Origin: Gammaproteobacteria bacterium
GTDB lineage: Bacteria > Pseudomonadota > Gammaproteobacteria > UBA1113
Reading direction: 5' to 3'
DNA length: 34,025 nucleotides
NCBI GenBank assembly: GCA_044369355.1
Contig: JBIPMB010000002.1
Coordinates: forward strand, 1-34,025
Each line of letters starts with the position of its first letter. The first letter of the stretch is position 1. Of the stretch, positions 25,101-33,556 are shown one piece after another. The position numbers and the translations under genes are program-made. The notes below the pieces were generated by a model, which searched no databases, had not been told where the DNA came from, and worked only from the letters and a program-made list of their open reading frames with translations.

Positions 25101-25132
25101 GTTTTGTCTAAAATTACTCCCCAATTCTGAAC
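25101..25132 (-). repeat. Third, inverted copy of the AATTGGGG-N-AATTTTAGACAAA motif seen at 14968-15022
   Basis: The reverse complement reads gttcagaattggggagtaattttagacaaaac. It matches aattggggggcaattttagacaaa at all but 2 positions. Confidence 0.75.
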
Positions 25133-25187
25133 ATCTTAAGAAACCACTTTTTTATTTAATAACCTCAGCAAATAGTCATTCTGCTCA

Positions 25188-25196
25188 TGCTATAAT
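25188..25196 (+). promoter_or_regulatory. Candidate extended -10 promoter (TGcTATAAT) for the Sel1-SH3-kinase gene
   Basis: tgctataat at 25188-25196 lies about 62 nt upstream of the ATG. AAGGAG lies 7 nt upstream of the ATG. There is no good -35 element. Confidence 0.35.
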
Positions 25197-25258
25197 TTCA
25201 AACGAAGATACGGTCTATCATCAATCACGAATAACCCAAACCGCCAAGGAGTGCCAGG

Positions 25259-28200
25259 ATGTTTGTTATTAGGTATGTGCAATTTTTATTTACAGCTATT
25301 ATTTTGGGATTTCAATGGATGGCGCTACAGTGGATGAGGGTGGCGCAAGGTTCTGTCTCGCAAAATGAGAGTGCACCTAGAAGTGTTACTACTACCGATG
25401 AGCCCGATCAGGGGCCCTTACTGATTCCTTCACTGATGAAAGTATCTCCACTTTTGCCGCTGTCGCTTTTTGCGGGCAGTGTAGTTTGGAGCCGATCCAT
25501 AGCCGTTAGAGGAATCAGCGCACATAAACAAAATTTACCGTTGGCACAATTCTATCAAAATAGTGTAGGCTTTATGCGTAGAGAGGCGGCATTTAACTTA
25601 GCTTTGGGCCTATGGATAGGAATAGTTGAATTTTATCGTGCAGAAAAAGAGGAGCCGCCCGAATTTCTAATTTTCTTTTTAACGACACTATTCTCAGAAT
25701 TATCGCTGAACTTGTCTGCAGGTTTTTATGACCTTTGCACCCAGAGAAACGGAGGAGCCTATTTTTTTTCAAAGTTAAAAAATATTCTTTTACACACTAC
25801 GTTTCCCAGTGCCGCCACAGCACTGCTGACGTATCGTTATTCATTCGACATCTTATATAGGCGAGATGCTATAGCCAATAAATGGCTGTGGATGGCTTTG
25901 GCAGGGGCAGGACCACAAGTCCCTAGGCAAATAGCACTATTCTGCTTTTCAAAAGCGGCACAGGTACTGTCTTTTTATTTACGGCCCAATAATGTTATTG
26001 CAATAACGGATGAAGAATCATTGCGGGCTTACTGTTCACAAGCGGATGACGAAGCATCTTTCACCGAGGGTGAAATATCGGAAACGGAGACAGAGATAGA
26101 GGAATCCTTGTCCTTATTGTCGGGTCCGGTTGAATCTAGGCCCAGTCACGTTGTATTCGGAAGTTCTATCCCTTGGTTATTATTGGCGCCTATAGCGACA
26201 ATGGTATCCTGGTTTGCGGCAGCGATATTGTGTGCATGGGAAGATAAATCGCTGCAAGATGATAAATACAATGACCTTTCCTTGCCCTTACTACAAGTGG
26301 CAACGGGTATGACTGTAGGTGTAGTCGCAGTAAATGTGCTATGGGGAACGGTGGTGGGTGTAAAAACGCTGTGTCATAAACGGCATCAACCGTTGCATGA
26401 GAAGGAAGAAGAAAAAGATGAAGATGATACTCAGGATGAACGGGTGGATGATTTTCAGGAAAGCTCAAGGCGCAAGAAGGTCAAACCTAATTTCGTGCCC
26501 AATCTTAAGTTAGCGGGAATAAAGGCGCTACCTTCGTCTGCTACGCTTACCGCTAGAGAAAAACGAGTTGGGGGAATAGAGATACAGCGTGAGTTGTATC
26601 GTAAACTCGGGACTCAGTTAATGACCTCGGAGCATGACTTCAATTACAATGAAGCTAGAGATTCTCTAGATAAAGCCAGTAAATTGGGTGATCAAATAGC
26701 CTGGTGCTATTTGGGATTTTTATATGAATATGGCTTAGGCGTTACGATATCCTTGCCTGCCGCTGCATATTGCTATGCTAAAGGCAATGAAGACAATGCA
26801 TTGATTAAACTGATACAAGGCGTATGTTACTTGCGGCGGTTAGAAGTTGGTGCATTAAGTTTTGTAGAAGACGCTATAGAGATGTTGATAAAGGCGATTG
26901 AACTGAGCAAAGCGTGTAAACTTAAAGATTGGCAAAGTACGATTGATTTTTTAAACCGTATTGCAGATACTCCAGAGGACGTGAGCGCTAATCTTATCTT
27001 AGCTTTGGTCTATGAATTAGGTTTGCTGGATGTAAATAGCAATACAGGCCGTGCCGCGCAGTACTATGAAAAAGTTGCTGAACGCGGTGAATCCTGGACT
27101 CAATATAACCTAGGGATGATCTGTCAAAATAAAATATGGCCCCGTAAAAATGCTAAAAAGGCCTACGACTGGCTTCGTTTGTCTGTAGAGCCACGCCATA
27201 AAGTGGTAGAGCCATTGTATTGGTATAATTTAGGTCTTGCCTATCGAGATGGCGTGGGGGTGACACAAAATTATAGCGAAGCAATAAAATGCTTTGAATC
27301 TGCACGTGAGTTAGGCAGTGGGGTTGCTTATAATGCTTTAGCAACGATGTATGAAAATGGATGGGGCTGTGAGCGAGATGTGGATAAAGCGGCTCAATTT
27401 AAAGTTGAAAGTGAGCGTAAACGCGACAGTGGGCCGGTCAATCTTCTTCTGATAGAAGAAGAGGCGTTACCTGACCTAACACTAAAATTAAAACGCAAAA
27501 GCAGAGAAATGAAAGTAGGCTTCGTTGAGCTCGTTGATGAATTGATCCCGGTTAGGGTTTTGTGTGATTTTCATGATGATAGGCGAATCGATCACTTACC
27601 TATCCAGAAAGGCGAAATTTTGCGGGTACGTATCGAAAAAAAGAACTGGCTATATGCCATAAATGCACAAGGCTTAGAAGGATTGGTGCCTAGAAATGCG
27701 ATACGTCTTAAAAAAGAAAAGGGTGCTCGAGCAGGATCTAGTCAAAATTTATCCAATGGCTATAAGGTTATAGATGAAAGAGAGCTTAGCGATCAAAAAG
27801 ATTTAGACCAAAGTTTTTATACTAAAGTTTCTTTAGCTTTTTGGAAAGACCAGCAAATTGTGGTGAAAGAATTATTAGCGCATGCTCCGCCAGAAGAAGC
27901 AAATAATTTTGCAATGGAAGGGGAATTGATGACGCAATTAGACCATCCTAATATTGTAAAGCTGTTGGGTTTTGTCAATTCTCCACTCAAATTCATTATA
28001 GAATACATGCCCTTTGGCTCAGTATCGAAATGTTTGCAGAGAAAAGATCCCCGGGTTTCTCCTGAAAAACGACTTGATATTGCATTGGATATAGCCAAAG
28101 CACTTAACTACTTGCACGATAAAACAATATTGCATCGCGATGTAAAAAGCCAGAATGTTTTGCTGGATGCCGTCTGCGCAAAATTAGCAGACTTTGGCAT

Positions 28201-28741
28201 AGCAGTGCAATGCGAAGAGGGGACTATAATGTATGTGGGTAGCCGCAGAGGTACCTTAGATTGGCTTAGTCCTGAATTACTGGAAAGAGATGTTTGTGTG
28301 TATACGCGAGAAAGTGATGTTTATGCTTACGGTGTTTTTCTATGGGAGTTATTTTCGCATCAGGAAGCGCAGTTGGTTAAAGACTATCTTAATCAATCAC
28401 AGCCTTGTTTTCCAAAGATGCCACATGAGATCGTAATATTAATCCAGGGGTGTTGTGCGAAAGATCCTCAGCGTCGGCCTACCATGCCTTATATTGTAGA
28501 CGAGTTACTAAGACGGAAGGAAAACGCTTCCAAGGAAAAAGGAAAAGAAGAAGAGAGCACATCCGTATCTTTGGAAGAAGAACTTATTTTAGAAGAGCCG
28601 TCTGGCTTAAATGCTGCTAGTCGCTTGGGTGGCGAAGGATCTTCCTGGGGTGGTGGTGGCAAAAACCATTTTTTCCAACAAGCCAGTTCATCTGGTAGCA
28701 CCCAAACGCAGGTCCAACAATATAAACACTATTCTGTTTAA
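25259..28741 (+). CDS. Multidomain eukaryote-like protein: N-terminal polytopic hydrophobic region, acidic linker, Sel1/TPR-like repeats, SH3-like domain, TKL-type protein kinase domain and Glu-rich C-terminal tail
   Basis: Sel1 repeats span about 26689-27400 (AWCYLGFLYEYGLGV, WYNLGLAYRDGVGVTQNYSEAIKCF, AYNALATMYENGWGCERDVDKAAQF). The SH3-like segment spans about 27541-27710 (VRVLCDFHDD..LPIQKGEILRV..NWLYAI..GLEGLVPRNAIRL). Kinase motifs are VVK, E, HRDVKSQNVLL (28133-28156), DFG (28189-28197), SPE, DVYAYGVFLWELFS and DPQRRP. Confidence 0.85.
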   Translation: MFVIRYVQFLFTAIILGFQWMALQWMRVAQGSVSQNESAPRSVTTTDEPDQGPLLIPSLMKVSPLLPLSLFAGSVVWSRSIAVRGISAHKQNLPLAQFYQNSVGFMRREAAFNLALGLWIGIVEFYRAEKEEPPEFLIFFLTTLFSELSLNLSAGFYDLCTQRNGGAYFFSKLKNILLHTTFPSAATALLTYRYSFDILYRRDAIANKWLWMALAGAGPQVPRQIALFCFSKAAQVLSFYLRPNNVIAITDEESLRAYCSQADDEASFTEGEISETETEIEESLSLLSGPVESRPSHVVFGSSIPWLLLAPIATMVSWFAAAILCAWEDKSLQDDKYNDLSLPLLQVATGMTVGVVAVNVLWGTVVGVKTLCHKRHQPLHEKEEEKDEDDTQDERVDDFQESSRRKKVKPNFVPNLKLAGIKALPSSATLTAREKRVGGIEIQRELYRKLGTQLMTSEHDFNYNEARDSLDKASKLGDQIAWCYLGFLYEYGLGVTISLPAAAYCYAKGNEDNALIKLIQGVCYLRRLEVGALSFVEDAIEMLIKAIELSKACKLKDWQSTIDFLNRIADTPEDVSANLILALVYELGLLDVNSNTGRAAQYYEKVAERGESWTQYNLGMICQNKIWPRKNAKKAYDWLRLSVEPRHKVVEPLYWYNLGLAYRDGVGVTQNYSEAIKCFESARELGSGVAYNALATMYENGWGCERDVDKAAQFKVESERKRDSGPVNLLLIEEEALPDLTLKLKRKSREMKVGFVELVDELIPVRVLCDFHDDRRIDHLPIQKGEILRVRIEKKNWLYAINAQGLEGLVPRNAIRLKKEKGARAGSSQNLSNGYKVIDERELSDQKDLDQSFYTKVSLAFWKDQQIVVKELLAHAPPEEANNFAMEGELMTQLDHPNIVKLLGFVNSPLKFIIEYMPFGSVSKCLQRKDPRVSPEKRLDIALDIAKALNYLHDKTILHRDVKSQNVLLDAVCAKLADFGIAVQCEEGTIMYVGSRRGTLDWLSPELLERDVCVYTRESDVYAYGVFLWELFSHQEAQLVKDYLNQSQPCFPKMPHEIVILIQGCCAKDPQRRPTMPYIVDELLRRKENASKEKGKEEESTSVSLEEELILEEPSGLNAASRLGGEGSSWGGGGKNHFFQQASSSGSTQTQVQQYKHYSV

Positions 28742-28750
28742 ACAGAGTAT

Positions 28751-31210
28751 TTAAAACAATTGTGTACTATCTTCATCTCTAGGTGCCGTGCCGCTGATTC
28801 CACCATTATCACTACTGCTGCTGGGCGATTGTGCGCTGGGCACGGTACCGGCTTTAAAATACTCGAATATCGTATTAGGGCCGCTGCTGGGCAAGCCTGT
28901 GTTGCGATCGATGCGCACAGAAACGATCCCGGAAGGTGGTGGAGTGGGCGTTGTCACATCGCCATTTAAAGCAACGCGCATGAAATCGATCCAGATCGGC
29001 AGTGCTACCTTTGCTCCATATTCATTCAAACTTTTAGGTTCATCAAATCCTACCCATACGACGGCGACCATGTGTGCATTAAAACCATCAAACCAACCAT
29101 CTTTTTGCGAATTGGTGGTACCCGTTTTACCGGCGATGTCGTCACGCCCCAATACTTTGGCCGCGGAACCCGTACCGATTTGAATGACGTCTTTTAAGAC
29201 AGAGGTAATTAGAAAATCGGTTTGTGGTGAAATAGCGCGTGCTGCCACGGGATTACCGTTGTTGACTAGGGGTGGTAAAGCGGGTGCGGGCGCAGGCGTA
29301 TCGCTGAGCGCATTTTGCGAGGCCAAAAGATTCAATTGCTGTTCGCGCGCGTCTACACAAGAAGCACATACCGTCAAGGGATGCGCTATATAGATGGGTT
29401 TGTTCGCTACATTGACGATGCGACTGATCAGATAAGGCTTAACATCAAAGCCACCATTGGCAATGATGGCATAACCTCTGGCCATTTGTAGTGGACTGAC
29501 GCTGGCCGTACCTAGAGCCAAGGACAGCGAATGCGGTACGTCTTTAGGATTAAAACCAAAATGCGCTAAGTATTGCGTTGCGTAAGAGACACCAATGGCA
29601 TTCAGTAAACGAATAGACACCAAATTTCGTGAATGAGTCAACGCTACGCGTAACCGCGTAGGACCAAAGAATTTACGCTCATCGTTTTGTGGGCGCCATA
29701 CGCCGCCAGGTAAGGACGGATCATACAGTACAAAGGGCGCATCGTTGATAACCGAAGCCAGAGTAAAGCCTTTGTCTAATGCTGCGGTGTAGATGAAAGG
29801 TTTAAAACTAGAACCCGGTTGTAGTGCTGCTTGTGACACGCGGTTAAAACTGCTTTGCAGATAATTAAAACCGCCGACTAAAGCGCTTACAGCGCCATTT
29901 TGTGGCGATAAGGCAACGAGTGCACCTTGTACTTCCGGAATTTGTGCTAAACGCCAGCTGTTGTCTGCTGTAGGTAAAATATCGATGAGATCGCCGGCCG
30001 CAACGATATTACTTGCGCTGTTAGGTGATGAGCCTACGCCACCATCGCTGCCCGCACGTCGTGCCCACGATAAACCCGGCCAGTCTAGGCGTATGATACG
30101 TTTATCGCTGGTAAAGACTTCCGCATAATTGTTGCCTATGCTAAAGACTACAGCAGGGGTTAGAGGCGAATAAACAGGTTGTTTTCTGAGTGTGGCTAGC
30201 CAAACGCTGTGGCCTGGATTGTCATAGGCTAAGTGGCGACGTGGGCCGCGATAACCATGACGTTGGTCGTAATTCAGTAATTCTGTTTGTAAAGATACTT
30301 CAGCTTGTTGTTGCAATTTACACTGTATAGTGGTGTAAACCAGCATGCCGGAAGTATAAGCATCTTCACCAAACTGGCCGATAATGCCATTGCGGATCAT
30401 CTCGCCTACATAAGGAGCGGGACATTCGATCAAAGAGCCATGCAGGGTGGCTGTTTCTGGCTCGGCTATAGCTTGTTGATATTGTTGTTGCGAGATATAG
30501 CCGTGATCTAACATGCGCGATAAAACGTGGTTGCGACGATCTAAAGCAGCGGCAGTGTCGGCTAGAGGGTTAAGCGAAGAGGGTGCTTTGGGAATACCCG
30601 CTATCATGGCTATTTGTGCCAGAGTCAATTGATTGAGGTGTTTGCCATAATAGGTTTCTGCGGCGGCTTCTACGCCATAAGCACGATTGCCATAAAAAAT
30701 TTGATTTAAATAAAGGTCCAGAATTTTTTGTTTAGAAAAAGCCTTGTCTATTTTAACAGCTAATAAAATTTCACGTAATTTACGGGTATAGGTTTTTTTA
30801 TTGTTTAAGAAAAAGTTGCGTGCGACTTGCATGGTGATGGTGCTGCCACCTTGAGCTTTGGTGCCAGTGGTGATCAATACCACGGAAGCGCGCACTAACC
30901 CTACTAAATCCACACCACTGTGCTCGAAATAACGTTGGTCTTCAGTAGCGAGCACGGCTTGTATGAGTTGCTTGGGAATTTGCTCATAAGGAACCGGAAC
31001 GCGTTTTTTTTCGCCATATTCGGCCATGAGTAAGCCTTCGGCGGAATAGATGCGCAGCGGCACTTGTAATTGAATATCTTTGAGTACTGAAATATCGGGT
31101 AAACCACGTTCTACATGCAAAATTAACAGGACTACAGCCATCGCACCTAAGCAACCTATACCTATGAGCAAGAAAAGCAGCCGCCGCAGCCATTTTGTGA
31201 AAGATTTCAT
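28751..31210 (-). CDS. mrcA: Penicillin-binding protein 1A (bifunctional glycosyltransferase/transpeptidase)
   Basis: N-terminal TM anchor; GT51 motifs EDQRYFEHSGVD, GGSTITMQ and RKLREILLA; transpeptidase motifs SSFKP, SRN and KTGTT. It is divergent from pilM, as in many gammaproteobacteria. Confidence 0.93.
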   Translation of the reverse strand: MKSFTKWLRRLLFLLIGIGCLGAMAVVLLILHVERGLPDISVLKDIQLQVPLRIYSAEGLLMAEYGEKKRVPVPYEQIPKQLIQAVLATEDQRYFEHSGVDLVGLVRASVVLITTGTKAQGGSTITMQVARNFFLNNKKTYTRKLREILLAVKIDKAFSKQKILDLYLNQIFYGNRAYGVEAAAETYYGKHLNQLTLAQIAMIAGIPKAPSSLNPLADTAAALDRRNHVLSRMLDHGYISQQQYQQAIAEPETATLHGSLIECPAPYVGEMIRNGIIGQFGEDAYTSGMLVYTTIQCKLQQQAEVSLQTELLNYDQRHGYRGPRRHLAYDNPGHSVWLATLRKQPVYSPLTPAVVFSIGNNYAEVFTSDKRIIRLDWPGLSWARRAGSDGGVGSSPNSASNIVAAGDLIDILPTADNSWRLAQIPEVQGALVALSPQNGAVSALVGGFNYLQSSFNRVSQAALQPGSSFKPFIYTAALDKGFTLASVINDAPFVLYDPSLPGGVWRPQNDERKFFGPTRLRVALTHSRNLVSIRLLNAIGVSYATQYLAHFGFNPKDVPHSLSLALGTASVSPLQMARGYAIIANGGFDVKPYLISRIVNVANKPIYIAHPLTVCASCVDAREQQLNLLASQNALSDTPAPAPALPPLVNNGNPVAARAISPQTDFLITSVLKDVIQIGTGSAAKVLGRDDIAGKTGTTNSQKDGWFDGFNAHMVAVVWVGFDEPKSLNEYGAKVALPIWIDFMRVALNGDVTTPTPPPSGIVSVRIDRNTGLPSSGPNTIFEYFKAGTVPSAQSPSSSSDNGGISGTAPRDEDSTQLF

Positions 31211-31361
31211 CGAATTAGGTTACCCATTAACTACAAATGGGGGCCATTTTAGCATTTTCTGTGGCGAGGTGGTATCTTTGGAGGTGTTGACCTTTATTCT
31301 GTAAAGCATTAAAATAATATAAATCAATGAAATCCCCCGTTGATAAAATACGGGGGACTCT

Positions 31362-32315
31362 ATGTCTTTATTATTTCCCAGAAAAGCGCATGCTGTGTTA
31401 GGGCTAGATATCAGTGCCACGGCCGTTAAAATTTTGGAATTGCGCCGCGCCAATAAACAGTTTTGGGTACAAGGTCTTGCCGTAGTACCTTTAATACCCA
31501 ATACCATCGTGGATAACCTGATCAAAAGTCCGCAAAGTGTGATCACAGCCATTAAAGCTGCTTTAGAGCAGACGCACTTTAGTACGCGTCATGTAGGCAT
31601 TGCATTGCCTGCCGCGGCAGTTATTTCAAAAACAGTAGTCATCGATGCCGGTCTTTCTGAAGAAGAATTAGAAGCACATGTACAATTAGAAGCAGCAACC
31701 GCTATTCCTTTTTCTTTAGATGAAGTGTGTATGGATTTTTCAGTCTTGGGAGTGAATGAAAAAGATCCCACTAAAGTGGATGTATTATTAGTGGCGGCGC
31801 ATTTGGCACAGGTAGAGGCGCGCCGCGATGTGGTAGAAACCGCAGGCTTATTGGTTGATTGTATAGAGGTAGAAAGCTTTGCGGTGGAAAGGTGTGTTCA
31901 TTATTTAAGATATAAAGATGACCCTAAAACCATAGCGATGTTCGATCTTGGTAAGGTTACAATGATCTTAGTCGTAATACATCAAAGACGAGTTATCTAT
32001 ACGCACGAGGAATTGTTGAGTTCGCAATCATTAACAGAATCTTTAACGCCCCTATTGCGGCGTGCCATGCAAATGTTTCTTTCTTCTGCACAGAGTTATC
32101 CGATAGATGAGATCTTATTATCTGGCTCAGATATAAGTAGGGTAGCTGCAATAATTTCTGACGATTTGTCATTACCTGTAACCATAATAAACCCTTTTCA
32201 CACGATGCTTTTAGCCGATACAGTAAACGTACTACAGCTACAGCAGGAAGCGTCGGCTTTTACGATTGCCTGTGGGTTAGCATTGCGAGGATTAATGCAT
32301 TATGACAGAAATTAA
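31362..32315 (+). CDS. pilM: Type IV pilus assembly protein PilM (actin-like ATPase fold)
   Basis: N-terminus LGLDISATAVKILEL, a length of 317 aa, and a position upstream of pilN with a 14-nt overlap. Confidence 0.88.
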   Translation: MSLLFPRKAHAVLGLDISATAVKILELRRANKQFWVQGLAVVPLIPNTIVDNLIKSPQSVITAIKAALEQTHFSTRHVGIALPAAAVISKTVVIDAGLSEEELEAHVQLEAATAIPFSLDEVCMDFSVLGVNEKDPTKVDVLLVAAHLAQVEARRDVVETAGLLVDCIEVESFAVERCVHYLRYKDDPKTIAMFDLGKVTMILVVIHQRRVIYTHEELLSSQSLTESLTPLLRRAMQMFLSSAQSYPIDEILLSGSDISRVAAIISDDLSLPVTIINPFHTMLLADTVNVLQLQQEASAFTIACGLALRGLMHYDRN

Positions 32316-32850
32316 CTTACTTCCTTGGCGCGATACTTTACGCGATGCGATAAAGAAAGAGTTTTTAATAGTGATGACCATCATTCTGGTTTTGGCTATC
32401 TCTATCTTGATTATAGGGGACAATGTTATCAAGTCTAAAATACAGCTTCAGCTGAAGGTCAATACTGTTTTGAAAACAGATATGAATTTATTAGAAACGA
32501 AGCTTTCCGCAATAAAGACAATTAAAACTGAGTTAAATAATTTAACTGTCAAACAAGATGCATTAAAAAAATTGCAAGTAGATCGCGCAAGTACCGTGCG
32601 GTTGCTGGAACAAATAGCTTATCAAATACCGCCAGGCGTGTATCTAACTCGCTTTGATAGAAAAGGCACGTTATTAAGTTTTGAAGGTGTAACGGAATCG
32701 AATGTACGCGTTTCAGAATTCATGCAGAAAGTAACGCAATCCAAATGGATTTCTGAGCCGAATTTAACGGAGGTTAAAGCGATCGACAGCAAAGAGGAAG
32801 GAAAAGGATATTCTTTTAAAATAACCGCGCAGTGTGTTATTGATGGTTGA
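32302..32850 (+). CDS. pilN: Type IV pilus assembly protein PilN
   Basis: Hallmark N-terminus INLLPWR, a single TM segment, a coiled-coil region, and a length of 182 aa. Confidence 0.88.
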   Translation: MTEINLLPWRDTLRDAIKKEFLIVMTIILVLAISILIIGDNVIKSKIQLQLKVNTVLKTDMNLLETKLSAIKTIKTELNNLTVKQDALKKLQVDRASTVRLLEQIAYQIPPGVYLTRFDRKGTLLSFEGVTESNVRVSEFMQKVTQSKWISEPNLTEVKAIDSKEEGKGYSFKITAQCVIDG

Positions 32851-32911
32851 GAAAATTTGAAAATCTATCGCGAAACTCGTCATTGCGAGTACAAAAATAG
32901 AGGAAAATATA

Positions 32912-33496
32912 ATGGATCTCAATGAATTAAGTTTTGACAGATTAGGCTCCTGGCCTATACGCGTGCGTATTGTCGCATTGACAGGCGCATTTGTATTTAC
33001 GTTAATCTTAGGGTATCTATTTCTAATTAGATCACGCCTAACCCAGTTACACAACCTTGAAAAGCAACAAAGTAGTTTGAAATCATGGTATCAAAGTAAA
33101 CATCAGCAAGTCATTGCTTTGCCTGAATATGAAGATCAGCTGATCAGTATGCAAAAGACAGTAACGACATTAAATTCACAGTTAATCACCGCGAATGAAA
33201 TATCTAAACTAATTGACATGATATCTAAGCTTGCCATCGCCAATAATCTAGAAATAAATCTAATCAAACCCGGGCAAAAAAGCACTAAAGATTTTTATAC
33301 AGCCATGCCGATCAGCATTGTTATGACCGGCGATTACCATCATTTTGCTTTATTTATTAGTCAACTTTCGGCGTTGCAAAAAATATTGGTCTTTGATGAT
33401 TTTACTATGATTACATTAAACCGTAAAGCAAAGGATGATTCGGATTTAACCTTGTTAGAGATGAATGTTACAGCGACAGTGTATATGCGGCCTTAG
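32912..33496 (+). CDS. pilO: Type IV pilus assembly protein PilO
   Basis: N-terminal L..LGSWP motif followed by a TM helix, a coiled coil, a length of 194 aa, the gene order, and a GAGGA Shine-Dalgarno sequence. Confidence 0.82.
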   Translation: MDLNELSFDRLGSWPIRVRIVALTGAFVFTLILGYLFLIRSRLTQLHNLEKQQSSLKSWYQSKHQQVIALPEYEDQLISMQKTVTTLNSQLITANEISKLIDMISKLAIANNLEINLIKPGQKSTKDFYTAMPISIVMTGDYHHFALFISQLSALQKILVFDDFTMITLNRKAKDDSDLTLLEMNVTATVYMRP

Positions 33497-33556
33497 AAGG
33501 TACAGATGGATGACGGGGCGAATAGTTACATGGTTATATACTACAGAGGAAAAAAT

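Noticed and set aside
14960-25132. Calling the 10-kb accessory segment a bona fide genomic island or transposon
   Set aside because: No integrase, transposase, tRNA attachment site or direct repeats are visible; there is only an inverted motif pair and a MITE-like palindrome. It is kept as a hypothesis in the findings and not annotated as a mobile element.
28760-29393. Plus-strand ORFs (69, 131 and 69 aa) antisense to ponA. Similar antisense ORFs lie inside hypF (2935-3575), hypB, tkt, gap, pgk, the MFS gene and the kinase gene (26190-26468, 27153-27344, 27817-28098 and 28489-28701).
   Set aside because: All are embedded antisense within strongly supported conserved CDSs. They are short and their translations have no family signatures.
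31220-31552. 110-aa minus-strand ORF spanning the ponA-pilM divergent region and the 5' end of pilM
   Set aside because: It overlaps the well-supported pilM start, has no recognisable motifs and no Shine-Dalgarno sequence, and is likely spurious.
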